DNA of 64,000 bases, from contig ML992507.1 in NCBI GenBank assembly GCA_010093995.1, forward strand, positions 140,781 through 204,780, given 5' to 3'. Both the position numbers and the translations under genes were made by a program. The notes under the pieces were generated by a model. That model ran no database searches. It was not told where the DNA came from and was given only the letters and a program-made list of their open reading frames with translations. Positions within the stretch are counted from its first letter, which is position 1; each line of letters starts with the position of its first letter. Source of the stretch: Elsinoe ampelina (Eukaryota). Below are positions 11,811 to 23,894 of this stretch, piece after piece.

Positions 11811-13429
11811 GCATTATACCCAGGGGTTCAAGTAATAGACACCGTTTGTTTTTGACGCGATCATGTCAATACCGTGTAAACGAAGCCCAGCATAGTTGCA
11901 TGACCTAACGTGGAACATTCGTTACTGCCCGTCTTCCAGACATGTTCCGTATGCATACGTCCATAGCAAAGACTTTGCACCAAAATAGTTGTCAACTGGT
12001 GAACGCAATTGCACAAGATCCCATGGTGCCGCTGATCTCCGGAAAGCAGACCTGATTGACTTTTTCCACAAAACGCCGCCTCAAAACGACCATAATGTCG
12101 CTCTTTGATCATCACAGGGAAAGCAGCCTACATTTCATCGCGCCGGAAAACGTGGAGGGTCTCGAGCTGCGGCGTGGTGCAGAATAGTGACGAACAAAAA
12201 AGGGAGGCGGCACGGGGAGCTCGGACCGTTACGGCCTCGGGCGCTCCTTCGTGGAGAATTTAAGGTTTTGGCCCGCGCGACGCCGTCTCTTGATGAAGGC
12301 CGCGCTTGCGTGTAGATCCACGCTTGACACCTTGCTGGGGATTCGTAGGGGACATCTCCACCTTCCTCCACAACACCGCCGTCTCGCAGAACCCAATCAT
12401 TGTCGACCGACCGCCGGCACACTGCGACGCATGGTCTCAATCATCGAGCGGAGCCGCATGAAAGTAGCGCAAGAATGACAAAGGAGTCCGAGCCAGCCCG
12501 ATGTCCAGCACTGTCCACTACCACCACGCCGCTCCAGGGGGCTCAATTCGACTAGTCGACTGATGTAGCACGATTGGACACCCGTGTTGCCTGCTGCACA
12601 ACACACCCTTCATCAGACAGCCCCACTAGGCGCCTTCACACGCATACGGATCCAGTCACAGGCACCGAGCCCCCTCCCGGCTTGTGGCGTCCCCTCCTGC
12701 AGGGCGATGGATATGCCAAGCGCCTGTGACCGCCGAGATCTGCCCTTCCTGCACAACCGGCGACATCTGGCCCATTGGGGACTTGCGGATACGGGTTGGT
12801 AACGTGTGGAGCACGGCCTTTTCTCCTAACCGCGCCGCACGCCGGCATGTCATTTGCCCTAATTATGCACGATCGCTACGCAACGTCGGGGAAATCTTGG
12901 ATGGTATTGCGGATCGATCCGCGCTAGGCGTAGCGTGCTGCGTGTTTCAGCTCGCTGCGGTCTGTAGCCAGCGTGTGATGTCTCACAGGCCGGACTTCAT
13001 GCGATCCTCCTTGTTCATGTTGACACACTAGTGGAAGAGATTGTGGTGGTGGCTCGCATTATCCGTCCTACCCTATCCATATAGAGGCAGTCCTGGCGAG
13101 CTCAGTGCTGCAGAAGGGCAGCTAAAGAAACCTCGGGCTTGGCCAAGCATCCTTTACGCCATCATCAGATCGACTCAACGCCGGATGATCAAGGCGGTAA
13201 CGCCGCAACACTTCAAGCGTCGCTGCAGGCACCCTGTTTGGGCTATTGCAGGCGTGGGATCTGGGGCACTCAATTCGCGTGCCCCAAGGCTGTTGGTTTT
13301 CCAGGTTGTCCAGGTGAGTCAGGGTGCTTCAGGGCTCGGATTTGTCACATGAAGCATGGAATTGGCAATGGAGCGCGAATTCAATCGACGCATCATGAAT
13401 AGAAGTGGGAAGACCCTCGAATGCTTTTG

Positions 13430-15193
13430 CTAATTTCGAGCATGACTTCCCATGTCCACGTCTGCGTCTCTATCATCGCTGGTCACCCTTGCGTACTCCA
13501 GAAGCAGTCGGTACATGTAGATGGCAGCGTCCACCTTCCTCAAAGACCGCCGGTGTGCTTCCCTACCCGCTTCAGCGATCGAGTGACCTATTGCGTCTCC
13601 CTCATCAGTCAGCGCAAGATACCGCATTGCCTCGGGTAATTCGTCCATGGCGTTGCTGATCGGCACGTAGTGTAACCAAGGAATCAATCTTTCGTCGTGC
13701 CATTCTCTGAAGATTGTCATCTTGAGCGGACATGCTTTGCTAGCAAGCAATCGATAGAATCTGCCGCTAAATGAATTACCGTCGACGTCCATCTGGAACT
13801 TGTGGCGGAGAGCTTTATGTGGATCTTCGACGTGGCCGATGCCATAGTACTTCTCCATAAATGTGCAGGTAGCTGGATCGCACTGAATGGCGTTCGTGAA
13901 TTTGACGTTGTACAGTCTGAGTTGTTCATCCGAGTTGTAACGTGTCCAGGCTTTCGATCAACGTGGACGCGTAAGGTAATGGTAGACTCGAGTTGGGGAG
14001 AGATGATGAGTGATCGATACCAGACGATGTCGATGTGCTTCAGTCGGATGCAATGAGTCCTTCGTTGAAGGTCCATTCCATCCTCCAGTTGTGGAACCAG
14101 CCCAGTAGAGCTTTGCAACCTTATTGTTCCAATCGACGAAGTCATGACTTACGTTGTAGGAGAATGATGAACTCCAATAGGCTGCCGATGGATACAATAT
14201 ATCTCTGAAGGACGAGCCCACAGCTTGCGACAAGATCGGGACAGGTGATCGAGTCATGATCATCGTTGATGGCGCCAGGTAGAATCCATGTGACAGAGCC
14301 AGTGACGGGTTTAGACAGACATTCATGTCTGCCTCCCGATCTGTGAGAAATGGTATTCCATGTGTGTCGATGGTTGAAGCTGACCGTACGTGGGTCGTCT
14401 GGTCGCAAGAGGCCACCACCTCCTGCCAGATAGATCTGCGTGACGTTGTAATCCACGAGACCTTGTCATGAGGATCGATATTGTGAGCATCGGCAGCCAG
14501 CACACGAGGTTCGTCGAGTGGGTTGGTGAGTAGCGTGAGATCTGGAATGTTTGCAAGGACTGTAGAAAGCATTGCTTTGATATCGTCCCCAACCCAATTG
14601 CCCGCTGATGTTGTCGCGTTGCCCTTCTGGATCGACAATGACCATAACTCTTTGCTGCCATTGAGTTGGTTCACCAGGTCTCGAATTGCTCGAGGCTCGA
14701 TGCGCCAAAGTTGTTGGAGGCTCTCCTCAATGGTGTCAAAGTCATCAATGATGAGTGACTTCTTCTCTCTTGCAAACCGGAACCAATCTTCGAAGCCAGG
14801 AGGTGGCTGTCGGCTGTAGCGCCTGTTGTACTCCTCCACAGCTTCGTCAAGCGTGCTAGATTGACGGTTGAGCATATCCTGGTAACGCTGGATAGCTTCA
14901 TCGTGTAGTGCTTTGATAGGGTGTACTTCCAGCTGCATGACATCATTGTTGTACAAGTCACCCTCGTTATCAGTGCCAGGACTTGTCCGACTGCCGGACC
15001 ACTTAGCCGCAAGCGTGCTCACCCCGTGGAAGCCTGTCTTCGCATCACCTGTCCAAGATGCTTTGCTCGCATTGAAGCCTGGCTGGAACATGGACCCGGT
15101 AGCCAATATCATGAGGATTATGGGGAGAAGCACCGCTGCTGGCCGAGAGTGGTATGTTGACTGACGGCGAGCAGTGTGCATTGATGTGGTCAT
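13430..15193 (-). pseudogene. Glycosyltransferase family 90 (CAP10/Cxt1-like) interrupted by an in-frame TGA at 13958-13960
   Basis: YNRRYSRQPPPGFEDWF, NPLDEPRV, KLYWAGSTTGG, DVDGNSFSGRF, FREWHDERLIPWLHYVP, YMYRLLLEYAR. Both ORF-track pieces share one frame, with only one stop between them. Confidence 0.8.
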
Positions 15194-16292
15194 TGTGAAG
15201 AAGAACCGCTAGTGTGAACGTGAGACGTCCGAAAAGTTGGGCGGCTAGGTCAGAAAGATATACTCGACCTCCCCCAGGGTGACCCGCCGAGACGAGCACC
15301 GATGATGGGACCGTGTGGTGCTTGCTGCACAGGAAAGCGGCGGCGAATTTTGCTGCTTGCCTACCGGTAGCTAGGGCGTATGGCGCTGATGGGAAGAGGA
15401 CCCAGGAGGCTCTTGGTAACGGGACTGCATAGGACCCTTTCTCCTGCAAATGATGAGGATCTAGTCTTGACCGTGTGCACTGTACCATGTTCTGTTTTGT
15501 TCATGATGACAGGCGTAGGTCCTGGATCGACCAGCTCCAGACAAATCGCCTTGAATGTAAGAAGCGGACCTAGTTCAGCTTTTCTACTCATGACTGACCA
15601 GAAAATCAGAACGTCAGAACAAATGTTCGGTTGCGCCGTAGCAGGGCATTCTCGGTCCACACTGTCTTGTTGGCTTAAGCACTTCCGGTCAAATGGGCAG
15701 ATTCAAACGGGGTCCATTTAGCTTGACTCGGCAAGGATAGATCTACTCTACCGCGACCCGTGCAGGGAGTGCTCAGGGTGAGAGCTGTGGCCAAGAGATG
15801 CAGGGATAGCAGCATCGTTGGCTTCCGGAGATGCATACCAGAGTTTCCGAGAGGGGGATAAGTTTAAGCTCCACCCTCGCATTTGTTGTCCTGAGGTCCA
15901 GATCAGCCTGACAAACCCTAATTTCGAGTTATTCAAGCATCATCCAGAGCGTGTCGCTCGTTCGAAACGCTAAGTCCTTGGCTATCTGGCATATGGACGC
16001 AAGATCTTTGACGCAAGTGGAAAATATGTGAAGAAGGATATCACTTGCCACGCGCATGACCCGGTCCTCGCTTCCTTGTCTGCGTGTCTGATCATGAAGC
16101 AGAATCAGTCACAGTATGCTCTGGTTTATGTTCTAGAATGCTCTATAATGGCGTATTGATAAAGTCGAAGAGGCGCGTATAGCGCGACTACGCAGAGCCG
16201 CAAAGCTTCGGCGACCTGACGTCAAAAATTCCGAGCTCTCGAAACAGCTTCACTTTCTTCCATTAACCACCTCACCGCAGTCCACCATCGTC

Positions 16293-17297
16293 ATGTCGGG
16301 CGGCTGGAACACTATAGAGTCAGATGCTGTACGTTTCTTTGCCTCATTTCATGCCACTCTCTAATTTCATCAGGGAGTCTTCACCTACCTCCTCACCTCT
16401 CTAGGCGTTTCCGACGTCCAATTCGAAGAACTACTCACCCTTGAACCGTCCTCACTCGCGTCTCTCTCCCCTCTAGGAGTCATCTTCCTCTTTAAATACC
16501 CCGTCGGAGAAAAACCCACATCCACTCCTCACGACGGCAGCTTCGACTACAATGCTATCGCCTCGCCCGGCGAAGCCAATAACATCTGGTTCGCAGCCCA
16601 GACCATACAAAATGCATGCGGGACACAAGCGCTCCTCGGAGTGCTGATGAACAAGCAGGATTCTATCGAGCTCGGTCCGACGCTGAGCGAGTTTCGCGAC
16701 TTCACATCCTTCTTCGACGCGGATCTCAAGGGTGAAGCCCTCAGTAATTCGAATCAAATACGGGATGCGCATAATTCATTTGCGAGGAGCAGTCCGTTCG
16801 TGAGTGACGAGACGAAGATGGCCACCGAGGATGACGACCTATACCATTTCGTCGCGTACTCAAGCATCAATGGCACACTATACGAGTTGGATGGGCTACA
16901 GCCGGCGCCGATTAGTCATGGGGCATGTAAGGAGGACGAATTTGCAGAGAAGGTTGTACCGGTATTACAGCGAAGAATCGAGAGATATCCGGCCCACGAG
17001 ATCAGATTCAATCTGCTGGCCATGTGTAGAGATCTTAGGATCAAGGCGCGCGAGATCGGAGATCAGGAGTGGTTGTACAGAGAAGAGGAGAAGAGAAGGG
17101 CGTGGAGGTGGGAAAATGCATTACGGAGACACAATTTTGTGGGATTCGTTGGCGAGCTGTTGAAAGGCGTGGTGGAAGAGAAGGTGAAGAAGGGCGAATA
17201 CGAGGGTTGGGTAGAGGAGGCAAAGGGGAGGACGAGGAAGAAAGTAGAGGAGCAGAGAAAAAGAGGAAAGGGAGGCGATGAGATGGACATCTCATGA
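16293..17297 (+). CDS. uch2: Ubiquitin C-terminal hydrolase UCH37/UCHL5 family
   Basis: MSGGWNTIESDA|GVFT (intron 16329-16372), FAAQTIQNACGTQA, YHFVAY, ELDGLQ, WENALRRHNF. Confidence 0.93.
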
Positions 17298-17691
17298 CGA
17301 GCAAGAGGGAGGTCCTTGCGGTCTTGCTGCATTGGGGCTGTGTCGACGCCGGAGTGCATGGTTACGATACCCACATAAGCATATCATGACCAAATGGATG
17401 GCATCATGAATCACTCACTCTTCCACCAAGGAGAGGACAAGAGACATTGAGATCTCGACAAATTGCATCTCGGGAAGCTAACATCTGCCAGTCTAATTAC
17501 AGTCTCAGTCGAGTATCCGACCACTTCGAGGCTCATGTCGACAGTCTCCAGACGACATCGATGGGATGGTTGCAGCCTATTGGTCAGCCATCAGAGGCGA
17601 AACGAAAAGGGCATAGTCATATGAATGCTCACATCATCTTGAGAAGTCCGTCGTTACTCATCGGGACATGCTAACCGTCTACAGCTTCTAT

Positions 17692-18771
17692 CTATGGCGG
17701 ACCCACACGCCAATCCGCTCCTTCACCATTGAGACCACACTTTTGACTACTCATATCCTTTACCGTCGTCCTGCGCATATCTCTTGGATAAACACCCTCA
17801 TACGACCCACCAGTCGCTCGGTGCATCACTGGACGTGTTGTCCCAAATGATCATATCACCTTCCTGCTCCCAGTCGATCATACACCTATATTTCGGCTTC
17901 GACACATGCGCCATCAACTCTTCAATCAGCTCCGTACTCTCCTCCGGCTCCATCCCTTCATATGATGAGTGTACGAAGCAATATACAAGGTCTACTCCAG
18001 TAAGCACGATCCCCCTCACCCACCAAGACACAAAATTCACCATCCTCCCACTCCACTCATGCCTCTGCACCAACTCATGCCTACTAACCTCCTTCTTCGC
18101 AGGATCCATATAAAATAAAACTCCGGCACCGCCTTCTTCCTACCATGAAAGAGACCATGCCCGGCCACCAACCCCTCCAACCTCTCCTTCATCTCCGCCG
18201 ACAAATCATCATACGCCGTCCTCGAGTCCGCAAACTCCGTCGCCCCTCCCGTCCCCTTCGGCGGCAACTTATGCGCGAGTAGCAGACTATGCCCCGCCCT
18301 CCGCGCATTGAACGACGAGTCCACGTGGAACTGCTCATTGGCTTTGTCCCCGATCACCTGCGCCGCGGACAGCGGCGCCGCCTGTCCGGTGTGGGGATCG
18401 ATGTCGCCCGTGTCGAATAGCTCGGGGTATTTGAGGCGATGGGTGCGGCCTGCTTTCTGGTAGGAACGGACGTCGTCTAGTTCGCCGAAGGAGGAGGAGA
18501 AGGCGATGTGGGCTTCGTCGGTGAGCGAGGTGTTGCGGCGGACTACCACGGCGTGTTTCTCTACTATGCCGCGGATGTCGGCGTAGATGGAGGGTGGGGT
18601 CGGGTGGGTCCAATCTACGCCAGAGAGGGTGCAGGCGAAGGTTGGGTGAAGGGGGGTGATGAGAAGGTTGTGCTTTGGAGTGTGGTAGGGGCCGGAGATG
18701 GGGCCTTCGATTGGGAGGGAAGTCCAGGTGTCGGTGGGCTTGATGGTGAAGGAGGGGGGGCTGATCTGAGG
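17692..18771 (-). pseudogene. TfdA/TauD-family alpha-ketoglutarate-dependent dioxygenase remnant
   Basis: ITPLHPTF, FHVDSSF (HxD), GGATEFADSRTAYD, IWDNTS/VMHRA, RDMRRTTV; frameshifts near 18110, 17961 and 17830; no start codon before an in-frame TAG at 18772-18774. Confidence 0.88.
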
Positions 18772-18781
18772 CTACTTCGGT

Positions 18782-19366
18782 GAAGGTTGTGGTGTGAAAG
18801 AAAGCATATTGCTAGCAGCTGATGCGAAAGAAGCCGGGGCTGATGCCGTGATTGTGGTCGCTCCAGCTTACTTTACTTTTGTATACGGCGAGAATAGAGA
18901 AGCGGTTGAGGACTTCTCCACTAGTATTGCAGACGAGTCGGAGCTACCGGTGGTGATATTCAATGTCGGCATAGTCCGTGACTCGAGAATGCGTATACTG
19001 ACGATGATCAGATCCCTTTGCCGTAGGAGGTATCAACTTGGACGCAGCCATGCTTACTGAGCTCTCGTATGTTTCGCTCTTGACTTCTCCGAATCATAGT
19101 ATCCTCGCTGACCTAGCTTCAGAGAGCATCAAAATATCGTGTATGCCTTCTCTCGTCCCTGGCCCCCTTTATGATTCGTTCCTCCCTGGTCACAATGTCT
19201 GGCTCCTTCCTAGAGGCTTCAAACTCACCTGCGCCTTGATCACAAAAGACCACCTCCTGGCTCTCCATGTCGACTCCGCGGTTTTCAAAGCACGTCATCC
19301 TCTCCCTTTCCTCGTCCTGCCCGGCTCATCAGACTACCTCCTCCCCACCCTCCTACCACGACAACA
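18782..19366 (+). pseudogene. DHDPS/KDG-aldolase-like class I aldolase internal fragment
   Basis: GCGVKESILLAADAKEAGADAVIVVAPAYF, IADESELPVVIFN, GFKLT (Schiff-base Lys), LPGSSDYLLP; N- and C-terminal parts absent. Confidence 0.8.
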
Positions 19367-21589
19367 TGTCTCGAGTGTCAGAGAAGCAAGATCAAGGTGT
19401 TCACAGCAGTCTGAACATTGACAAGGACCCCTGCTGACGGGAAGGTCACAGTGCGCAGATGTGCGGCCATGTCTCAGATACGTCAACCACGGCGTGGAAT
19501 ACTATGGAGAACTACCAGATTCTCCTCAAATTGCACGAGCCGGCGATCACCCGTCCTGCAGAGACCTGAATGGTATCGACGCTAGGTTTCACGAGCTCGA
19601 GCACAAGTATCAGCGGCTTGAAGTCACTCTGGTAAGACATGGTCTGCTGGACGACGATGCCCGCAGCGATCGTTAGACAAAGAAGTACCCTGATCGCGAG
19701 TCACTCAACTCCCAGGGTTCGTTCCACCGTGAGACCATAGAGGGGTTCTGCTGATCAAAGGACAAGGCGAATCCGCTTTGATGTTGACCATCTTCTCCTT
19801 GGAAGCCAGTTTGCATCTATCACCCGAAAGCCAGCAGGTCCCTGTGCGTCCTGGAGTATCAACCCCGCTTGCTGCTTCTGAGAGTCACGGCATCATCTCC
19901 AACACGGAGAGACTTGAGACTATGGGATCAGCTCATTTGCCTTCCCCATCCAAAAGGACGTACGTCTCGATTGAATAATTCTTCTTCGACGATGTCAATC
20001 CTTGCCATCCTTGTGTCAATGAGTTAGACTTCCGCTCACGGTGTAGGAGACTGAGGCAAGGATCGCCTGTCTCTTCAGGGGATGACTGCTTTCTAGCCCT
20101 GAACTGCATCATTGTTGCCAATGTGGACTTTCTCCGGGCTAGCGACGCCGAGACGCCTGGCGAACATTTCCCAGGATGGAAGTGGTTCCTAGCAGCTGAC
20201 CGCCTTGTCAGTAAGAGGAAGACGAGTGGACAGGGAGACTTGTGCCTGATTTAGTATCTGGCGTATGAGGCCAGTGCTCTTCTGTACTGGATCACGAACA
20301 TGAGGTCCATGACTCACTGATGGTCCAACGTTCACCTGTGGTTTGGCATGCCGTCTCTGTTATCAATTCGGTCTGCATCGACAGGATCAGTGGGAGGGAC
20401 GATGCAGTCCGTATGATGTTCACATGCGCCAAAGGTTGCTGTGGGCTGTATACTTTGTAGATCGCCGAGTGTCTCTTGGCTGCGGGTGGCCGTATAGCAT
20501 GCTTGATGGACATCTGTGATGTTGGTAAGCCGGCAGCGATTGACAACAAGGTGAGACAACTCCCTTGCACATTGTGATGAGCACTCCGCGGCGGTATTGT
20601 GGGCATCTGATCATGGAGCTGGCAGGCTTAAGTCGGCGCCAGGCTTAGCGCTCGAGCGACAATATCAGCCCTTGGGCCACAGCTCGAAACTCCATAGGTT
20701 CGCCCGAATCAACATTGAGAGTGGTCCAGAGGTTGCTCCAAGCTGACCTCGACTTTGACCCGAGTCCGGGGCGCTGGCAACGAGAGAAGTGGGCCCGAGA
20801 ACCAGGATGTTGAATCGAATTTGATGGTATTTTCCGGATGCAGACATACTCGTCACAGGAGCTTCGTCCCAATGCAGACTCGCCACCACCCAATCCGGCC
20901 TGTTCATCTATCCCACACTTGTTATGTCTATGTAAATTCGCCCACTTCGCAGGCGAGATCTTCGACAAAGTCTTCTCAGACCCACAGTCCAGAGACAGTG
21001 ATCCGGCACCACTGAATTTTTATATTGATCGCTGGCTAGAGCACGAGCTAGAGCTAGTAATGCCCACAAGAGGCGCAGGAAGATCGGCCATGAATATTCG
21101 CCAAGAGGTACTCATACGCACGGTGTGTTCCTCGTTTTCTGTCAACCTGCATCGTCGTTTCGTATGCGAGAATCACTTGCATGGGGTTTTGCTTTTCCCT
21201 GCCAATGGTTCCTGCAGCTAGAAAATTTGAAGCTTGATCCCTGCGTTTGGCTGTTGCTGATTGGGTCGCAGCGTATGCAGCATCTGCGCCTCGTTTTATG
21301 GAGGCGTAAAAATGATGATGAACCTTTCGTTCGACTCTCTGCTATCCTTGGACTGGTCGATACACTGCTGAGCTCCGACATGGATCAGCCTGTCTGCGCC
21401 GAGATTCAGAATGGCATGCATGAGCTGTTTGAGCCTATCAGAATGCAGGGCCAGCTACAGCTTGGTTTTGGCTTTGACGGCGAAACGAATGGCATGCTCA
21501 ACGGCTTTACCATTGACAGCAGTTTCATGGCATTCGACAGTGATGTCCCAGATCCCTTTTCACAGGTATACAATATCGACTTTATGTGA
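19364..21589 (+). pseudogene. Zn(II)2Cys6 fungal transcription factor remnant
   Basis: Spliced CLECQRSKIK|CADVRPCLRYVNHGVEY (Cys5 and Cys6 replaced by Tyr); FFDDVNPCHPCVNE; fungal-TF domain LWAVYFVDRRVSLGCGWPYS; internal stops at e.g. 19976-19978 and 20252-20254. Confidence 0.82.
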
Positions 21590-22417
21590 TGGGATCCGGC
21601 TGTGCGATCATTTAGCCATGTCAATCTCGACAATGTCGGAAAATCTAGCGGCATCGACACTACTAGTGCAGGTACGAGTTCCACCAAGCCGCGGCGTAGA
21701 TTCAAATGCCAGTCCATTTCCCCAGCATCGTTGGCGATCAAAAGACCCGCAGGGTTCTGCACTCTGCTGATAGTCCAGGCAAATAGATTGAAGAGTTGCG
21801 CCGCCAGATGCAAGACAGCTGGCTGTGGGGGTCGAATTTGTGGATAATTTTCTGGCCATCGACAAACACCATCCCATCCCATGCCGAGCACTTCCAGCCT
21901 GCAAGCCTGATGCTCGTCACTTCTCACCGGGACGCCCTGACGAGCCTGTCAAGTTTCACAGCGACACGAGTCGCACACAAGCATTGCCTGACTTTAGCCA
22001 GTACCGAAACCCAGCATGGGTACCAACCAACAAGGGTTTTCATTTGCAGCTATCCATGACATATTCGACTTTTGACAGACGCCCCACCAAACGGCGTGTC
22101 CAGCCGCTTGACATCGGCATACTTAGTGTCAGGCCTGTCGGTACACCACTTGCTTTTGGGGATTGAGCCAGTGAGTGCTCCGAAAAGTGCTTCGAACCCA
22201 AACGGCTGGCAACTTGTCATGCAGCTGTGCTGGGATGGATCCCTCCCCCCTGCGATTTCTTGTGCCTCAAAGAGGCAAAAAGTGTGAAAGACAAGCCCGG
22301 CTCGTAATGCGGCTTTCACCTCGCCTCAGCTGAAGCTGAAGTACTTCAGCTTGCTTCTAGCTTTCACGTCCACCCGAATCTTAGATTGTGTCTTCTCCGC
22401 ATACCTCAAAACACATC

Positions 22418-23894
22418 ATGGATGCTGAGAATGCGCCCTTCAAAGGCTCATACGGTGGTAGGGGCCCGCGTCTGGTCGCTCTGAGCTGGGTTTTCTTTTC
22501 GATCGGCATCGTTGTCGTTGCCCTGCGGACATACACTACGCTATTTATCGTAAAGAGACCCAGATTCGACCTCTACTTCACCCTGATAGCTGCTGTATGT
22601 ATCAGCCTAATCTTGCTTCCAGCCTTCCAGGTCGCATGGCTGACAAGCTACAGGCTCTCGCAATCACAGCTCAACCTTTCATGGTCCTGGCCGTTTACAA
22701 GGGCGTCGGAAATGCAGTACAGAATGTTGCTCCAGCAGATCTTGCAGACCTGTTATTCTGGCAGTGGTGCTATTATATCCCTGTCATCGTCTCGACCATC
22801 TTCAGCAAGTTAGCTGTAGCGACGCTGATACTTCAGATCCAAGATCGGACTTTCCGAATCATGCGATACGCTCTCTACGTTGTCATGACCATCACCATCA
22901 TCCTCGGCCTGTTCATTCCTAGCACAATCTTTGCTCAATGCAGCCCGGTCTCGGATTTGTGGTTGACGAATCCCAACATGAATCCCAAGTGTAAACTCGT
23001 AGACGTGGTTCTGGTCGGGGGAACTGTTCAAGGCAGTGAGTGGACAATCCCAAGCGCATGTCAAGCTTTTAACAACACAGGCTTCTCCGCTTTCACCGAC
23101 TTCTTCCTCGCTCTCTATCCGGCCATCATCTTCTGGCGCCTGCAAATGTCCTGGCGACGCCGCATCGGAATCTGTATTCTCTTTCTCGGCGGTGCAGTGT
23201 CTGGTATCGGCGCTATACTCAAGACAGTCTACGTCTTGGGTCTCAAGTCATCCACCAACCCGACAGGAGCGACAGCAGATCTCATGACTTGGGCCCAGTA
23301 AGTCGTCCATCTATTCGACCTGTCATTGCGTGTACTGATTCTCAAAGCGTTGAAGTCTGGCTCTTGATCTGGATGTCCACACTCCCACCTCTCCGCCCTC
23401 TGTTTGTCAAGGTCTTCAAGACCATCTCCACGCACGCTTCATCCTTGGGATCAGGGAGGAAGAGTAAGAACACGAACTCGTCAGCCGGCTTCTACGAGCT
23501 ATCCAAGGGAGGGAGCGCAAAGCGGACTAGTCGACACATGGAGATCGAGTGTGCAGGGGAGTCAACCAAAAAGCCACGAGGGGAGACATGGATGGAGCCA
23601 ACAAGTAGCGAGGAGGACATACTTGGTGAGGTCAGAAGACCGAATACAGGGGTTGGTCTGACAGAAGTGGAAGCGGGGATCAGGGGCCTGGGTCCGGCGG
23701 GCGCCTCGGCCGGTCAGAGTCAAGGACTTGAGCCAGACGGCATTGTACAGAGGCATGTGGTCAGTCAGGTACTGCCGGCACACGTTCGGGGCTACGATGG
23801 CATTGTGGTTGATAGGGAGTTCACGGTTGAGAGGAGTGGTAAGAGGACTAGCCCTGCTGGAGGTGAGCATTGGAGGCAAGCACTGGGTAGGTAG
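22418..23894 (+). CDS. PTH11-like (fungal rhodopsin-domain) integral membrane protein, no CFEM
   Basis: VVALRTYT, SKLAV, FAQCSPVSDLW, SAFTDFFLALYP..WRLQM, EVWLLIWMSTLPPLRPL; three GT-AG introns. Confidence 0.87.

Noticed and set aside
11820..13420. Multiple short ORFs between GT34 and GT90
   Set aside because: No motifs or consistent splice model; a decayed gene cannot be excluded
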